Position numbers and translations under genes: made by a program. Below, piece by piece: positions 18,791 through 28,591 of a stretch of 64,000 nucleotides of DNA (positions are counted from its first letter, which is position 1; every line of letters begins with the position of its first letter). The DNA lies in NCBI GenBank assembly GCA_034520665.1, contig JAXHNJ010000002.1, positions 608,660 through 672,659 of the forward strand, given 5' to 3'. This stretch comes from Patescibacteria group bacterium (GTDB lineage: Bacteria > Patescibacteriota > Patescibacteriia > JAXHNJ01). Below the pieces are notes generated by a model that was given only the letters and a program-made list of their open reading frames with translations, searched no databases and had not been told where the DNA came from.

Positions 18791-19111
18791 ATCAGGGCTA
18801 GATTAAAAAGAATTTATGGTAAGCATTTATGCTATTTTGTGACTGTAAAAACTTATAGAAATAAAAAGTTTTTTTGTAATGACAAAAAGACTAAGTTACT
18901 TGTAAGATGTATGGATTTTCTTGTAGAAAAAAATATTTTAACCTTTTTGCTTGGGTCGTATTATATATAATGGATCAAAAAACAAAATTATTCGATCTCC
19001 ATAACTTTTTCAATCTGTAAAACTTTTGCCATCCTTTAAAATTACTCCAATCTATAGAACGGGCTTTTGGGCCTGTTCTAGTACATACTCTTGATCAGAA
19101 ATGATTAGATA

Positions 19112-19120
19112 GAAAAGCTG
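19112..19120 (+). promoter_or_regulatory. extended -10 promoter element (TGaTATAAT)
   Basis: tgatataat about 17 nt upstream of the ATG at 19137. Confidence 0.3.
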
Positions 19121-19136
19121 TGATATAATATAAAAT

Positions 19137-20765
19137 ATGACTTTGAATAAACTTATAAATTCAGTAAAAAAACGAGAATGGAAAATGGTGTTATTATTGG
19201 GTTTTCTGGTAGTTTTGATAACGGTTTTGCCTTATCTCTATGGTTATTTTTCTAGGCCCGCCAATACTGTCTATACCGGAATTCATAATTTGACACCAGG
19301 AGACACCAACGCGGTTTTATCTCTAATGGAGCAGGTTAAACAGGGTAATTTTATTTTTAAAAATTTATATACAGCTGAACCGCAAGATCGTATTTATACT
19401 AACCCTTTTTGGCTAAGTGCTGGTTTAATAGCTAAAGTTTTTAAGCTGCCAAATTTGTTTACCCTTCACTTTATACGTTCAGTGCTAATTATTGTTTTTG
19501 TTGTGGTGCTCTATTTATTTTTGCGGTATTTTATTGAAAAAAAGCGTTTAAGAATTTGGTCATTTGTGGTTATACTTTTTTCTTCGGGGCTGGGTCTGTT
19601 TTTTAATCCTTTTTTTATTAATTCTGAAGATATTTTAAATCACCCAACAGATATTTGGGTGCCGGAAAGTATTACCTTTTTAACACTTTACAATCTTCCT
19701 CATCAGATTGCTTCTTTAATATTAATTATTTTGGTCTTTTTGTTTATGTTTTTAGCTTTTGAAAATAATAGGTATAAATATAGCTTAATGGCCGGAATAT
19801 TTTCTTTCTTATTACTTTGGTTTCATCCTTTTAATGGACCGACAATTTACGGAGTTTTAGGAGTATATTTATTAGCAATATTTTTCTATAAAAAAAAGAT
19901 AATTTGGTCGTATATTAAACATTATATTATATTATGTTTAATACCTTTACCGGTGCTTCTCTATTTTTTTCTTATAAACCAAGCTGATTGGGTTATTAAA
20001 AACTGGGCCAAACAGAATATCTTGCTTTCACCTAGTTTATGGATGTATTTAATTGGTTATGGCTTTTTAGTGCCTTTAGCTGTGTATGGCTTGTATAAAC
20101 TTTCACAAAAAAAAGACAAAAAAAATATTTTTATTATTTCTTGGTTTATCACTTCTTCTCTGCTTCTTTATAGTCCCTTGTCTTTTCAAAGACGCTTATC
20201 AGAAGGCTTGCATATACCTTTGACAATATTAGCTATGGCCGGAGTTTTTTATTTAACAAAAAAATGGCATTCAAAAGAAAAAGGATATAATTTAAAAGCT
20301 TATGCTATTTTTATTTTTTTATTAATATTTTTACCATTAACTAATATACAAATTGTCAGTCAGGATATTTATATATATAAAACTGATCCAGAATTTCCTT
20401 ATTATTTAGGTCAAGAAGAGGTTTTAGCTATGCAGTGGATTAAAAAAAATTCTAGTGATCAATCAATAATTTTTTCAAGTTATCTCATTGGTAATTTTAT
20501 TCCGGCCTACAGCGGTCGCCGGGTATGGATAGGCCATGGCCCTCAGACCATAAACTTAGAGAAAAAAAAGGAGATAAATAAATGGTTTTGGCAAGAAGAT
20601 AATTTAGCAAAAGAAAAGTATAAACTCTTAAAAAAAGATAATATTGACTATCTTTGGTATGGTCAAAGAGAAAAAGAAATGGGTACTTTTAATCCCAAGA
20701 CAAAGGATTATCTGAAAAAGATTTATAATAATGGAAAAGTAGATATATATCAGGTAATAAATTAA
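19137..20765 (+). CDS. polytopic integral membrane protein (possible glycosyltransferase-type membrane enzyme)
   Basis: 542 aa with at least 10 hydrophobic helices and a C-terminal soluble domain; no motif assigned confidently. Confidence 0.55.
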   Translation: MTLNKLINSVKKREWKMVLLLGFLVVLITVLPYLYGYFSRPANTVYTGIHNLTPGDTNAVLSLMEQVKQGNFIFKNLYTAEPQDRIYTNPFWLSAGLIAKVFKLPNLFTLHFIRSVLIIVFVVVLYLFLRYFIEKKRLRIWSFVVILFSSGLGLFFNPFFINSEDILNHPTDIWVPESITFLTLYNLPHQIASLILIILVFLFMFLAFENNRYKYSLMAGIFSFLLLWFHPFNGPTIYGVLGVYLLAIFFYKKKIIWSYIKHYIILCLIPLPVLLYFFLINQADWVIKNWAKQNILLSPSLWMYLIGYGFLVPLAVYGLYKLSQKKDKKNIFIISWFITSSLLLYSPLSFQRRLSEGLHIPLTILAMAGVFYLTKKWHSKEKGYNLKAYAIFIFLLIFLPLTNIQIVSQDIYIYKTDPEFPYYLGQEEVLAMQWIKKNSSDQSIIFSSYLIGNFIPAYSGRRVWIGHGPQTINLEKKKEINKWFWQEDNLAKEKYKLLKKDNIDYLWYGQREKEMGTFNPKTKDYLKKIYNNGKVDIYQVIN

Positions 20766-20823
20766 AAGTTACATTTTTTTATTGACTTTTTTTAAAAAGT
20801 ATGCTAATATTAGTATATAAGAG

Positions 20824-21075
20824 GTGAAAAACACCTCTTTTTATCTATTTAAGATAAAAACAAAAATAAAAAAAATGCTGGTGACTAAAAAAACATTAAT
20901 AAAAATGGTCCTTTTTTTACGACGTAAGCTCGGCTTAAATGAGGATAAATACTGGAGAATTTTTGTTAGTCAGTCTGAAGTTGAAGATATAATGGAAATT
21001 TATCAGGGTTTATTTGAGCTTTGGCTTTTAAGAAAAAAGGTAGGACGGCTGGAATTTGCTTATAGTCTGGTTTAA
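20824..21075 (+). CDS. hypothetical small protein
   Basis: 83-aa ORF only. Confidence 0.25.
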   Translation: MKNTSFYLFKIKTKIKKMLVTKKTLIKMVLFLRRKLGLNEDKYWRIFVSQSEVEDIMEIYQGLFELWLLRKKVGRLEFAYSLV

Positions 21076-21167
21076 AATTTTTGATATTGAAGCTTTTAAA
21101 AAGACCCTTAGTTTTTAGGCGCCTTTTTTTATTATTATAATTATTATAAAATTAATTTATGAATAAA

Positions 21168-21285
21168 GAAAAAAAATAAGATTGATAAATCTCGAGATAC
21201 GGCTTTTATTAAAGGCCAAGAACACGCCAAGCGAGCTTTGGAGGTAGCGGCGGCTGGGCATCACAATATTCTTAAGTTATGAACA
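21168..21285 (+). repeat. duplicated fragment of comM (about 90% identical to 17811-17930), ending in a stop
   Basis: ataaagaaaaaaaataagattgataaatctcgagatacggcttttattaaaggccaagaacacgccaagcgagctttggaggtagcggcggctgggcatcacaatattct aligns base-for-base with comM codons KIDKSRDMAFIKGQEHAKRALEVAAAGHHNIL. Confidence 0.8.
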
Positions 21286-21581
21286 CAATACACCATTTAT
21301 AGAGTTTGAGTTAGCTAAAAAGATGCCAAAGGTTTATAATAAAAATATATGAAGGGGGGTATGCATGTAGGGGGTTACTAGTCAATCCAATAACTATACT
21401 TAACTGGGGTAATAGATTGGTCATGGTGATGGACTGTACTTGCTATAGCAATTGATTCTGAGGGCATACGTCAAATACAGGAACATAGAGCAGGCAACGA
21501 TGAGGACGAGAATAGATTGGGTATATAAACACCCCGCTTTCTCCTGGAAATTTTAATAGATTAATTAGTTAATCTGAATAT

Positions 21582-22439
21582 ATGAATGAAGCTAAATTAA
21601 AAGGAATAATTTATTTATTAATCATTGCCTATATCGGTAGTGGCGTGGGTGTTGGTTTTTTTTGGTGTGCTTCACAATTTAATTCTGAAGTAAATAATTA
21701 TAAAATAGTACACAATAAACCATCTGTACCGGATGAAGAAATTATAAAGAATTTTGTAAAAGAAGATGTCACACAGCCTGCGCCGACACCTACTCCTGAA
21801 TCAGTGTCAGAACCAGAACCGACTCCTGAACCAGAACCAACTCCTGAACCAGAACCGACTCCTGAACCAGAACCGACTCCTGAACCAGAACCGACTCCTG
21901 AACCAGAACCGACTCCTGAACCAGAACCGACTCCTGAACCAGAGTCAACTTCTGAATCAGAACCAACTCCTGAACCAGAGTCAACTCCTGAACCAGAAGC
22001 AACTCCTGAAAACAACTATACCTTTGATGATTATTTCCCAATTATTTTGTCTCTTTGTGATTCTGATGGAAATTGTTATACACGATCGGAAAAAAATGAA
22101 AGTAAAGAGCCATGGTCTGGTAATTGTTTTGAATATACACTTAAGGCTGGGGATGAAATTAACTTAAAGGTTGAAGCAAGTGACCCTAAAAATAGGCCAT
22201 TATTATATGATTGGTGGTGTGGTACTTGTGGTTCAACGCATCCTGAGCTCAAACCCAATACAGAAGTAATATGGACAACAAATAAAGAACTTAGGTATAC
22301 AATAACTGATGAAGATATACAAAATAGTGGTGAAAGTATTAGAATTGGCGTTTATATTAAATCAGAAAAAGAATATTACAGAACAGGTATACATGGTTAT
22401 GATGATGGAATTTATAATGATTTTAAAACATCATTCTAA
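21582..22439 (+). CDS. membrane-anchored or secreted protein with (PEPEPT)n linker and Cys-containing C-terminal domain
   Basis: N-terminal hydrophobic segment; about 14 tandem [12 protein letters not shown] units; C-terminal domain with [16 protein letters not shown]. Confidence 0.55.
   Translation: MNEAKLKGIIYLLIIAYIGSGVGVGFFWCASQFNSEVNNYKIVHNKPSVPDEEIIKNFVKEDVTQPAPTPTPESVSEPEPTPEPEPTPEPEPTPEPEPTPEPEPTPEPEPTPEPEPTPEPESTSESEPTPEPESTPEPEATPENNYTFDDYFPIILSLCDSDGNCYTRSEKNESKEPWSGNCFEYTLKAGDEINLKVEASDPKNRPLLYDWWCGTCGSTHPELKPNTEVIWTTNKELRYTITDEDIQNSGESIRIGVYIKSEKEYYRTGIHGYDDGIYNDFKTSF
21823..21965 (+). repeat. 18-bp tandem DNA repeat (cctgaaccagaaccgact)n encoding PEPEPT
   Basis: Near-perfect head-to-tail copies visible in the sequence. 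Confidence 0.8.
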
Positions 22440-22508
22440 TTAATAGAGATAAAGTTGGAATGTATACCAATTTTGCTACAGAAATTCTAAATTATTAATA
22501 AAAAATAT

Positions 22509-22988
22509 ATGGCAGGTTTTTCAAAATTTATAAACAATCTTAAAAGTTACGGGATTTCAAAAAAAGACTTTGAGAAAGAGAGAGTAAGTTTATCAAAGAA
22601 GTTTAATAAGCCAGCAGAAGATAATGATGTTTTGTGGTCAATTTATAATAAGATTGTTAGTCAAAGCAACAATTTACGAAAACTACATGGTGTTTATTAT
22701 GAAATGGCATTGTTTTTAAATAAAGAGGGAAAAGATTGTACAAAAATCTCTCAACAATCTCAAAAAATGTATCTACTTTCATTAAAAGAATCAGGAGTTG
22801 TGAAAGGTGTTGAAATATTGGCTGATATTGGTTGTAAAGAGTGTAAAAAATTGCATGGTAATAAATATACTCTTGATGAAGCGTTGGAAAAAATGCCAAT
22901 TCCTAATCCTAATTGTACCCACACCTTTACTAAAAAGGGCAAGCCATTTTGCAGGTGTACATATTTATCAGTAACTAAATCTATTTAG
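22509..22988 (+). CDS. hypothetical protein with C-terminal Cys cluster
   Basis: 159 aa; CKECKKLHG ... CTHTF...CRC. Confidence 0.4.
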   Translation: MAGFSKFINNLKSYGISKKDFEKERVSLSKKFNKPAEDNDVLWSIYNKIVSQSNNLRKLHGVYYEMALFLNKEGKDCTKISQQSQKMYLLSLKESGVVKGVEILADIGCKECKKLHGNKYTLDEALEKMPIPNPNCTHTFTKKGKPFCRCTYLSVTKSI

Positions 22989-23061
22989 CACCCCCATACA
23001 CCCCCTTTTTTAGAATTTGATTTATTTATATTACTCGTCTCTAAATTTTGGGTAAAATTTT

Positions 23062-23955
23062 ATGATTAAAGAAAAGAAATTTTTATTAATATTTAATCCA
23101 GCTGCCAATATGGGCCGAGCGGCTAAAATGATACCTTTGGTAGAGGAATTTTTTAATAAATGGAAAATTAATTACCATTTAGCAGTAACAAAAAGACCTT
23201 ATGAGGCTGAAAATATTGCCCGGGAAAAAGCCAATAAGTATGATATTATAGTAGTTCTTGGTGGAGACGGTACAATTAATGAAGTGGTAAATGGATTAAT
23301 CGGTAAAAATGTAGTTTTAGCTATTGTCCCTTTAGGTTCAGGCAATGATTTTGCTAAGGCTTTGGGGTTGAAAAAAAAGTTAAAAGATAATTTGGAAATT
23401 ATTTTAATGGGTCAGGAAAAGAAGGTTGATATCGGTCAGGTTAATCAGCGCTATTTTGTTAATGTTTTAGGTATTGGTTTTGACGCTTTAGTGGCCCAGG
23501 AAATGTTTGCCCGTCCAAGATTTTTAAAGGGATTGCCAGTTTATTTTTACAGTTTATTAAAAGCTTTAAAGAAATATAATTTTATAAATGTGAAAATTAT
23601 TTCTGAAAAAAATATCAAGAAGGAAAAAGAATTATTAATGCTGGCTATAGCCAACGGTAATTTTTTTGGCGGTGGTTTTAAAATTACTCCCAGAGCTTCT
23701 ATAGTGGATGGATTTTTTGATATTTGTTTAGTGGAAAAAATGACCAGAGGTTATCTTTTGAAAAATATTAGCAAATTAATAAAAGGCATTCACCATGAAT
23801 TACCGGAGGTTAATTTTTTCCAAAGTAAAAACTTAGTTATTGAATCAAAAAAAGAGTTACCAGTTGAATATGACGGCGAGATATTAAAGGGACAAAAAAA
23901 GCTTGAGATCAAAATATTACCTCAAGCACTTAAAGTAATTACTTTAAAAGAATAA
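23062..23955 (+). CDS. diacylglycerol-kinase-family lipid kinase (YegS/BmrU-like)
   Basis: VVLGGDGTINEVVNGL catalytic-domain motif and overall DAGK_cat layout. Confidence 0.8.
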   Translation: MIKEKKFLLIFNPAANMGRAAKMIPLVEEFFNKWKINYHLAVTKRPYEAENIAREKANKYDIIVVLGGDGTINEVVNGLIGKNVVLAIVPLGSGNDFAKALGLKKKLKDNLEIILMGQEKKVDIGQVNQRYFVNVLGIGFDALVAQEMFARPRFLKGLPVYFYSLLKALKKYNFINVKIISEKNIKKEKELLMLAIANGNFFGGGFKITPRASIVDGFFDICLVEKMTRGYLLKNISKLIKGIHHELPEVNFFQSKNLVIESKKELPVEYDGEILKGQKKLEIKILPQALKVITLKE

Positions 23956-23957
23956 TT

Positions 23958-24962
23958 TTATAAATAACTCAAAGGATTGACTTTACTGCCATTGACCAAG
24001 ACTTCAAAATGAACGTGAGTGCCGGTGCACCAGCCAGTACAACCCATCATACCAATAGTTTGACCCTTAGATACCTGCTGACCGTTTCTCACGTAAAATT
24101 TACTCAAGTGAGCGTAGAGCGTTTGTTTACCGCCGCCATGACTGATAGTAACAACATTACCATAACCCCTTCCCCAGCCTACGCGAGTAATAGTGCCGGC
24201 TTCAGAAGCATAAATCGGAGAGGAATAATTGCCAGTAATATCAATAGCCCGATGACCCCATTTATAATACTGGCTGATTTTTCGGCCAGTCGTGGGCCAA
24301 AGGAGTCGTGAAGTAGCCGGTACTCGGGCTGAAGGCGGAGCTGAAGAAGAAAATACCGAAGCGAAAGTAGAGGTGGTTGTTGGTTTTGGTTTGGGGGGCT
24401 CAATATAGCCGCCGGGAATCATAATTTGTTGACCCTCTTCAATAGCGGAAGCATCAGCTAATTGATTGTATTCCAAAATCTTGCTTTCGTTAGCTTCATA
24501 TTTTTTAGCCAAAGAAGCCACAGTATCACCGCTTTTTACTTTATATAAAACGCCGGAAGTAGGCGGGATAGTTAGGGTTTGGCCCGGCTTAATATAATCA
24601 CTGGAAGAGAGGTCATTGGCCCAGAGAATCGTATTGGTGGATATACCAAATTTAGCAGCAATAGTAGAAACTGTATCTCCGCCTTTGACTTGATAATGAT
24701 CCACTTTTTTCCGAGGTGTGCCAGTAGCGGTAGTGTCAGGGAGAGTAGATTTAACTAAAGCCGTCCCTCCTTCAGCGGTGGATATTTTTGCTTCAGTTTC
24801 TACATTATCTTTATCAGCAAAAATAGGTCCGGCTTTAAGAACGCCAATTTCCTGGCGGTATTCTTTATAACGTGAAATTGTTTCGACCCCTTCTACGGTA
24901 TCACGGTTTATATCTGGTGAAACTAATTTTGAAAAAAGTGTTTTTTCTCCAAATTCCTGCAA
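23958..24962 (-). CDS. LysM-domain M23 family metallopeptidase
   Basis: Two LysM repeats (GDTVSTIAAKFGIS..., GDTVASLAKKYEAN...) and a C-terminal M23 domain (HRAIDI..., GCTGWCTGTHVHFEV); listed start is TTG. Confidence 0.85.
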   Translation of the reverse strand: MQEFGEKTLFSKLVSPDINRDTVEGVETISRYKEYRQEIGVLKAGPIFADKDNVETEAKISTAEGGTALVKSTLPDTTATGTPRKKVDHYQVKGGDTVSTIAAKFGISTNTILWANDLSSSDYIKPGQTLTIPPTSGVLYKVKSGDTVASLAKKYEANESKILEYNQLADASAIEEGQQIMIPGGYIEPPKPKPTTTSTFASVFSSSAPPSARVPATSRLLWPTTGRKISQYYKWGHRAIDITGNYSSPIYASEAGTITRVGWGRGYGNVVTISHGGGKQTLYAHLSKFYVRNGQQVSKGQTIGMMGCTGWCTGTHVHFEVLVNGSKVNPLSYL

Positions 24963-25412
24963 TTTGACTTCACTGGCACTGAGGTTATTAGTAGTTATAA
25001 TAATAGTCAGTAAAATAACTATAAAATGGATAATGTATTTTGAACTAAAAGGATAAAGCAGTTTTCTTTTTAGAGGTAAGTCTAACTGATTAAATTCTTT
25101 TTTTACTATACGGTAAAGTTTATAAAGACCAACTAAAAAAGGTCTAATAATTTTTTTGGTAATAAAAATAAGAGGTTTAAATAGACCAATCTTAAAAAAT
25201 ATAAGCAGGCTTTTAAAAGACCAACCGAAGATTTTTAATATTTTGGCAAAGGTAATTATTAAGTATTTTTTAAGTTTGAATTTGATAGGCTAATTTCCTT
25301 AATTTATTAAATCAAAGATTTCTTCTACTTTATATAAGATAGCCAAAAATATAACAAATAGCAAATTTTCTGTCAATATAGTTATTTGTGAAAAAGCCAA
25401 AATAATGATAAA

Positions 25413-28400
25413 ATGGCTTATATGAGCCAAAAATATGATTTTAGAAAAATAGAAAAAAAGTGGCCACAAAAATGGGCCAAAGAAAAGCTTTTTTCGGCTG
25501 ATGATAAGGCTGATAATAAATATTATTGCCTAATTGAGTTTCCCTATCCTTCAGCTGATGGACTTCATGTCGGCCATCTTCGCAGTTATACGGCTTTAGA
25601 TATTATTGCTCGTAAAAAAAGAATGGAAGGCAAAAATGTTTTGTTTCCGATTGGCTTTGATTCTTTTGGTTTACCCACAGAAAACTACGCCATCAAAGTC
25701 AAAAAGCAGCCGCAAGAGATTACCAGGGAAAATATAAAAAATTTCACCCGACAGCTTAAATCTATGGGTTTTTCTTTTGACTGGGATAGATGTGTTGATA
25801 CCTCTGACCCCGATTATTATAAATGGACCCAGTGGCTGTTTTTAAAATTATACGAAGCTGGCCTGGTTTATCAAAAAGAAAGGCCCATTAACTGGTGTCC
25901 GGCTTGCAAAACCGGACTGGCTAATGAAGAGGTAGTCGGGGGAAAATGTGAAAGATGCGGCGCCGAGGTGAGTAAAAAAAACCAAAAACAATGGCTTTTT
26001 AAAATTACCCAATACGCTGACCGTTTGATTAAAGACCTAGACAAGGTTGATTATCTGGAAAAAATTAAAAAACAGCAGATTGACTGGATTGGCAAAAGCG
26101 AAGGAGCAGAGATAAAATTCCCCGTCTTCGCTAAAGCTTCGACGGGCAAGCAAATTCAAAGTAAAAAATCCCCTTCGGCCTCGAGCTCAGGGCCGAGAGG
26201 CAAAACAAATTCTCAGCCAGAGGCTGATCTGTCTTTGGCGGAAAATAACAAAATTCAAAATTCAACACAGGAAATAAAAGTTTTTACAACCAGACCCGAC
26301 ACTCTTTACGGGGTCACTTATTTGGTTCTCTCGCCGGAACATGAATTTTTGGCTAATGGCTTGTCGCATATTGCTAATCAGAAGGAGGTAGAGCAATATA
26401 TTAAAAAGGCCAAGGCCAAGTCAGATTTGGAAAGGACAGAAAATAAAGAAAAAACCGGTGTAGAATTAAAAGGACTAAAGGCCGTCAATCCGGTTAATCA
26501 AGAAGAGATTCCTATTTTTATCGCTGACTATGTTTTAATGGATTACGGCACCGGAGCCATTATGGCGGTGCCGGCTCATGATCAGCGAGATTTTGAATTT
26601 GCTAAGAAATATAATTTGTCAATAAAAAATGTTATTGAGCCTGAATTCGGAATGAAAAAACCAAATGAAAAATTTAGTCATAGGATAGTGGCAATAGTTA
26701 GAGATCCAAAAAATGATAAGTTGCTTTCATTAAATTGGGCAAAGTATAAAATAGGTCATTTATTTATCGGTGGCGGCATGGAAGAAGGTGAAGATATCAT
26801 AAAAACTGCTATTCGTGAAATTAAAGAAGAAACTGGTTATACTCAGGTAAAACATATAGCGACAGCGGAAAAAGTACGCCATCATTATTACGCTTGGAAT
26901 AAAGGATTTAATAGAGATTCCGAAGCAAGGGGTTTATTATTTGAATTGGTAGGCAGGGAAAGAGTGGAACAAAAATTAGAAGATAATGAAAAAGGAGGAT
27001 TTACAGTTGAATGGATTACTAAAGAAGAGGCCAGTAAAAATGTGATTGATCCTATGCATCATTACTATTTAGATAAATTTATTTTTGGAAAAATTTATAC
27101 TGGTGAGGGTTTAGCCATTAATTCAGGTGAATACAACGATTTAAGCACCAAAGAATTTAAAAAGAAAATTACCCAGTGGCTGAAAAAAAACAAATTAGGC
27201 GGACCGGCCGTTAATTACAAGCTAAGAGACTGGATTTTTTCCCGCCAGCACTACTGGGGTGAGCCAATTCCCTTGATTCACTGTCAAAAATGCGGCGTAG
27301 TTAAAGTGCCGGAAAAAGATTTGCCGGTAAAATTGCCCGAAGTTAAAAATTATGAACCGACTGATACGGGAGAATCACCTTTAGCTAAAATTTCCGATTG
27401 GGTTAATGTTAGATGTCCAAAATGTGGCGAATCCGCAAAACGCGAAACTGACACTATGCCCAACTGGGCCGGTTCCAACTGGTATTTTATTCGTTATTGT
27501 GATCCGCATAACGAAAAAGAATTTGCTTCATGGAAAAAAATGAAAAAATGGCTACCCGTGGATTTATATAACGGCGGTATGGAACACACTACTTTGCATT
27601 TACTTTATTCCAGATTTTGGTATAAAGCTTTAAGTGATTTAAAGTTAGTCCCGGGTGATGAGCCTTACAAAAAACGAGTCTCGCACGGCATGGTTTTAGC
27701 CCAAGATGGGCAAAAAATGTCCAAATCCCGAGGCAATGTGGTTAATCCGGATGAAGTGGTGGATAAGTTTGGAGCTGATGCGCTCCGGCTTTACGAAATG
27801 TTTATGGGACCCTTTGACCAGGCTATTAATTGGAGGGAGGATGGGCTTCAGGGCCTGTTTAGATTTTTAGATAGAGTTAATAAGGTTTTTATAAATATTT
27901 TTTCCATTAAAGATAATTTAAAAGAAAAAAAATCCAGATTAATTCATAAAACTATAAAAAAAGTTGGGCAAGATATAGAAAATATGCGTTTTAATACAGC
28001 TATAAGCACTATGATGGAATATTTTAATGAAAGAGATTTTGCTTCTAAAATAAATGAACAGGGAGAACTTGAGGGAAATGAAATTGATATAAAAGCTATT
28101 CAAAAGTTTTTAATTATTCTCTCTCCCTTTGCTCCGCATTTAGCGGAAGAGCTTTGGCAGAAATTAGGTCATAAAGACTCAATCTTTAAAGAAAAATGGC
28201 CTTCTTATGATAAATCAAAAATAAAAGAAGAAGAAATAGAATTTGTTATTCAGGTTAACGGCAAGGTCAGAGATAAGATTCAAGCCTCGCCAGATATTTC
28301 AGAGAAAGAGGCCCGGGAAAAAGCCTTGGCTTCCAAAAAGGTAAAGAAATTTTTAAAAGACGAACCCAAAAAAGTAATATTTGTTAAGGGTAAGTTGATT

Positions 28401-28415
28401 AATCTAGTAATTTAA
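25413..28415 (+). CDS. leuS: leucyl-tRNA synthetase with an inserted NUDIX hydrolase domain
   Basis: HIGH (PYPSADGLHVGHL) and KMSKS motifs, CP1/editing and anticodon-binding regions; about 140-aa insertion with a perfect Nudix box GGGMEEGEDIIKTAIREIKEETGY between the AVPAHDQRDFEFAKKY and LAINSGEY blocks. Confidence 0.95.
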   Translation: MAYMSQKYDFRKIEKKWPQKWAKEKLFSADDKADNKYYCLIEFPYPSADGLHVGHLRSYTALDIIARKKRMEGKNVLFPIGFDSFGLPTENYAIKVKKQPQEITRENIKNFTRQLKSMGFSFDWDRCVDTSDPDYYKWTQWLFLKLYEAGLVYQKERPINWCPACKTGLANEEVVGGKCERCGAEVSKKNQKQWLFKITQYADRLIKDLDKVDYLEKIKKQQIDWIGKSEGAEIKFPVFAKASTGKQIQSKKSPSASSSGPRGKTNSQPEADLSLAENNKIQNSTQEIKVFTTRPDTLYGVTYLVLSPEHEFLANGLSHIANQKEVEQYIKKAKAKSDLERTENKEKTGVELKGLKAVNPVNQEEIPIFIADYVLMDYGTGAIMAVPAHDQRDFEFAKKYNLSIKNVIEPEFGMKKPNEKFSHRIVAIVRDPKNDKLLSLNWAKYKIGHLFIGGGMEEGEDIIKTAIREIKEETGYTQVKHIATAEKVRHHYYAWNKGFNRDSEARGLLFELVGRERVEQKLEDNEKGGFTVEWITKEEASKNVIDPMHHYYLDKFIFGKIYTGEGLAINSGEYNDLSTKEFKKKITQWLKKNKLGGPAVNYKLRDWIFSRQHYWGEPIPLIHCQKCGVVKVPEKDLPVKLPEVKNYEPTDTGESPLAKISDWVNVRCPKCGESAKRETDTMPNWAGSNWYFIRYCDPHNEKEFASWKKMKKWLPVDLYNGGMEHTTLHLLYSRFWYKALSDLKLVPGDEPYKKRVSHGMVLAQDGQKMSKSRGNVVNPDEVVDKFGADALRLYEMFMGPFDQAINWREDGLQGLFRFLDRVNKVFINIFSIKDNLKEKKSRLIHKTIKKVGQDIENMRFNTAISTMMEYFNERDFASKINEQGELEGNEIDIKAIQKFLIILSPFAPHLAEELWQKLGHKDSIFKEKWPSYDKSKIKEEEIEFVIQVNGKVRDKIQASPDISEKEAREKALASKKVKKFLKDEPKKVIFVKGKLINLVI

Positions 28416-28591
28416 TATTTTTATTTTTATAATAAACCAGGCCAGGCTTTCCAGCCTGGCCGGCAAAATTGGCGAGTAGTATCGCCGAGACTAGAAAGTC
28501 TTGGCTGGAGGATGGACAGCAAGATACGATTAAAGGACTACCTGAAGAATAATATGGAATTTTTTGAAAATAATTAAACAAATTTTAAAAA

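Noticed and set aside
21823-21965. CRISPR array
   Set aside because: The only regular short tandem repeats (the PEPEPT-coding 18-mers and the 41-bp REP copies at 50681-50870) have no unique spacers, lie inside coding frames, and no cas genes are present.
21698-22258. Overlapping ORFs 21698..22015(-), 21766..22167(+), 21790..22041(-), 22076..22258(-) across the PEPEPT repeat
   Set aside because: They are artefacts of the tandem repeat being open in several frames; only the frame with signal sequence and Cys domain (21582..22439) is coherent.
26640-27115. Intein or self-splicing intron inside leuS
   Set aside because: The insert is in frame and has no intein splice-junction motifs (no Cys/Ser +1 ... 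HN end) and no homing-endonuclease blocks. It instead has a textbook Nudix box, so a domain insertion is the better reading.
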